DNA of 63,484 bases, filler included, from Octopus bimaculoides (taxonomy: Eukaryota): assembly GCF_001194135.2 (NCBI RefSeq). It is 5 parts of 5 records of this genome, joined end to end, with 100 filler letters (N's around TTAATTAATTAA, not from the genome) between each part and the next. Parts side by side here need not be neighbours in the genome. Positions count along the whole stretch, not along the records: positions 62,324 to 63,484 come from NC_069002.1; 4 more parts are not named here. One strand, 5' to 3'. Positions 63,319 to 63,484 of the stretch are shown here, piece after piece. Numbering within the stretch: position 1 is the first letter of the stretch; each line of letters starts with the position of its first letter. Both the position numbers and the translations under genes were made by a program. The notes beneath the pieces are model-generated. The model made no database searches, was not told the DNA's origin, and saw only the letters and a program-made list of their open reading frames with translations.

Positions 63319-63484
63319 AATCCTTTCCCTTATAGACACAAGGCCTAAAATTTCGGAGAAGGTGATAAGTCGATTACATCGGGCCCAGTACTTCACTGGT
63401 ACTTAGTTTATCGACCCCGAAAGGATGAAAGGCAAATTCAACCTCAGCGGAACTTGAACTCAGAACGTGAAGACGGATGAAACA
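63319..63484 (-). mobile_element. SINE family D, running off the window end
   Basis: ATCGACCCCGAAAGGATGAAAGGC ... GAACTCAGAACG. Confidence 0.8.

Overview
Eukaryotic, AT-rich, gap-ridden DNA dominated by microsatellites and decayed transposons. The SINE families look like octopus/cephalopod repeats, which is recognition only, not a database result. No intact protein-coding gene, rRNA, true tRNA or CRISPR array is supported, and almost all ORFs in the track are microsatellite or N-gap artefacts. Supported coding remnants are three R4/Dong-like restriction-endonuclease LINE fragments, several mariner (DD34D) and maT-like (DD37D) transposase fragments, and an internally deleted Helitron with a canonical 3' end. 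At least five tRNA-headed or tail-defined SINE families are present. Four identical synthetic 100-bp linkers (44N-TTAATTAATTAA-44N) mean adjacency across them may not be real. The most interesting signal is non-coding: several unrelated repeats carry hammerhead ribozyme (HHR) cores. (1) A ~350-bp tandem repeat at 26.2-27.4 kb has one Type I HHR per monomer with a palindromic helix III, matching the architecture of a metazoan non-LTR retrozyme. (2) A tRNA-headed SINE-like element carries a Penelope-type minimal HHR and sits as a head-to-head inverted dimer bounded by one 14-bp target-site duplication (22.6-23.2 kb). (3) Further minimal HHR-like motifs lie at 53.3 kb and 7.75 kb. All local copies carry core substitutions and are probably inactive. 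A CRE-rich candidate promoter and first exon lies at 43.9-44.6 kb.
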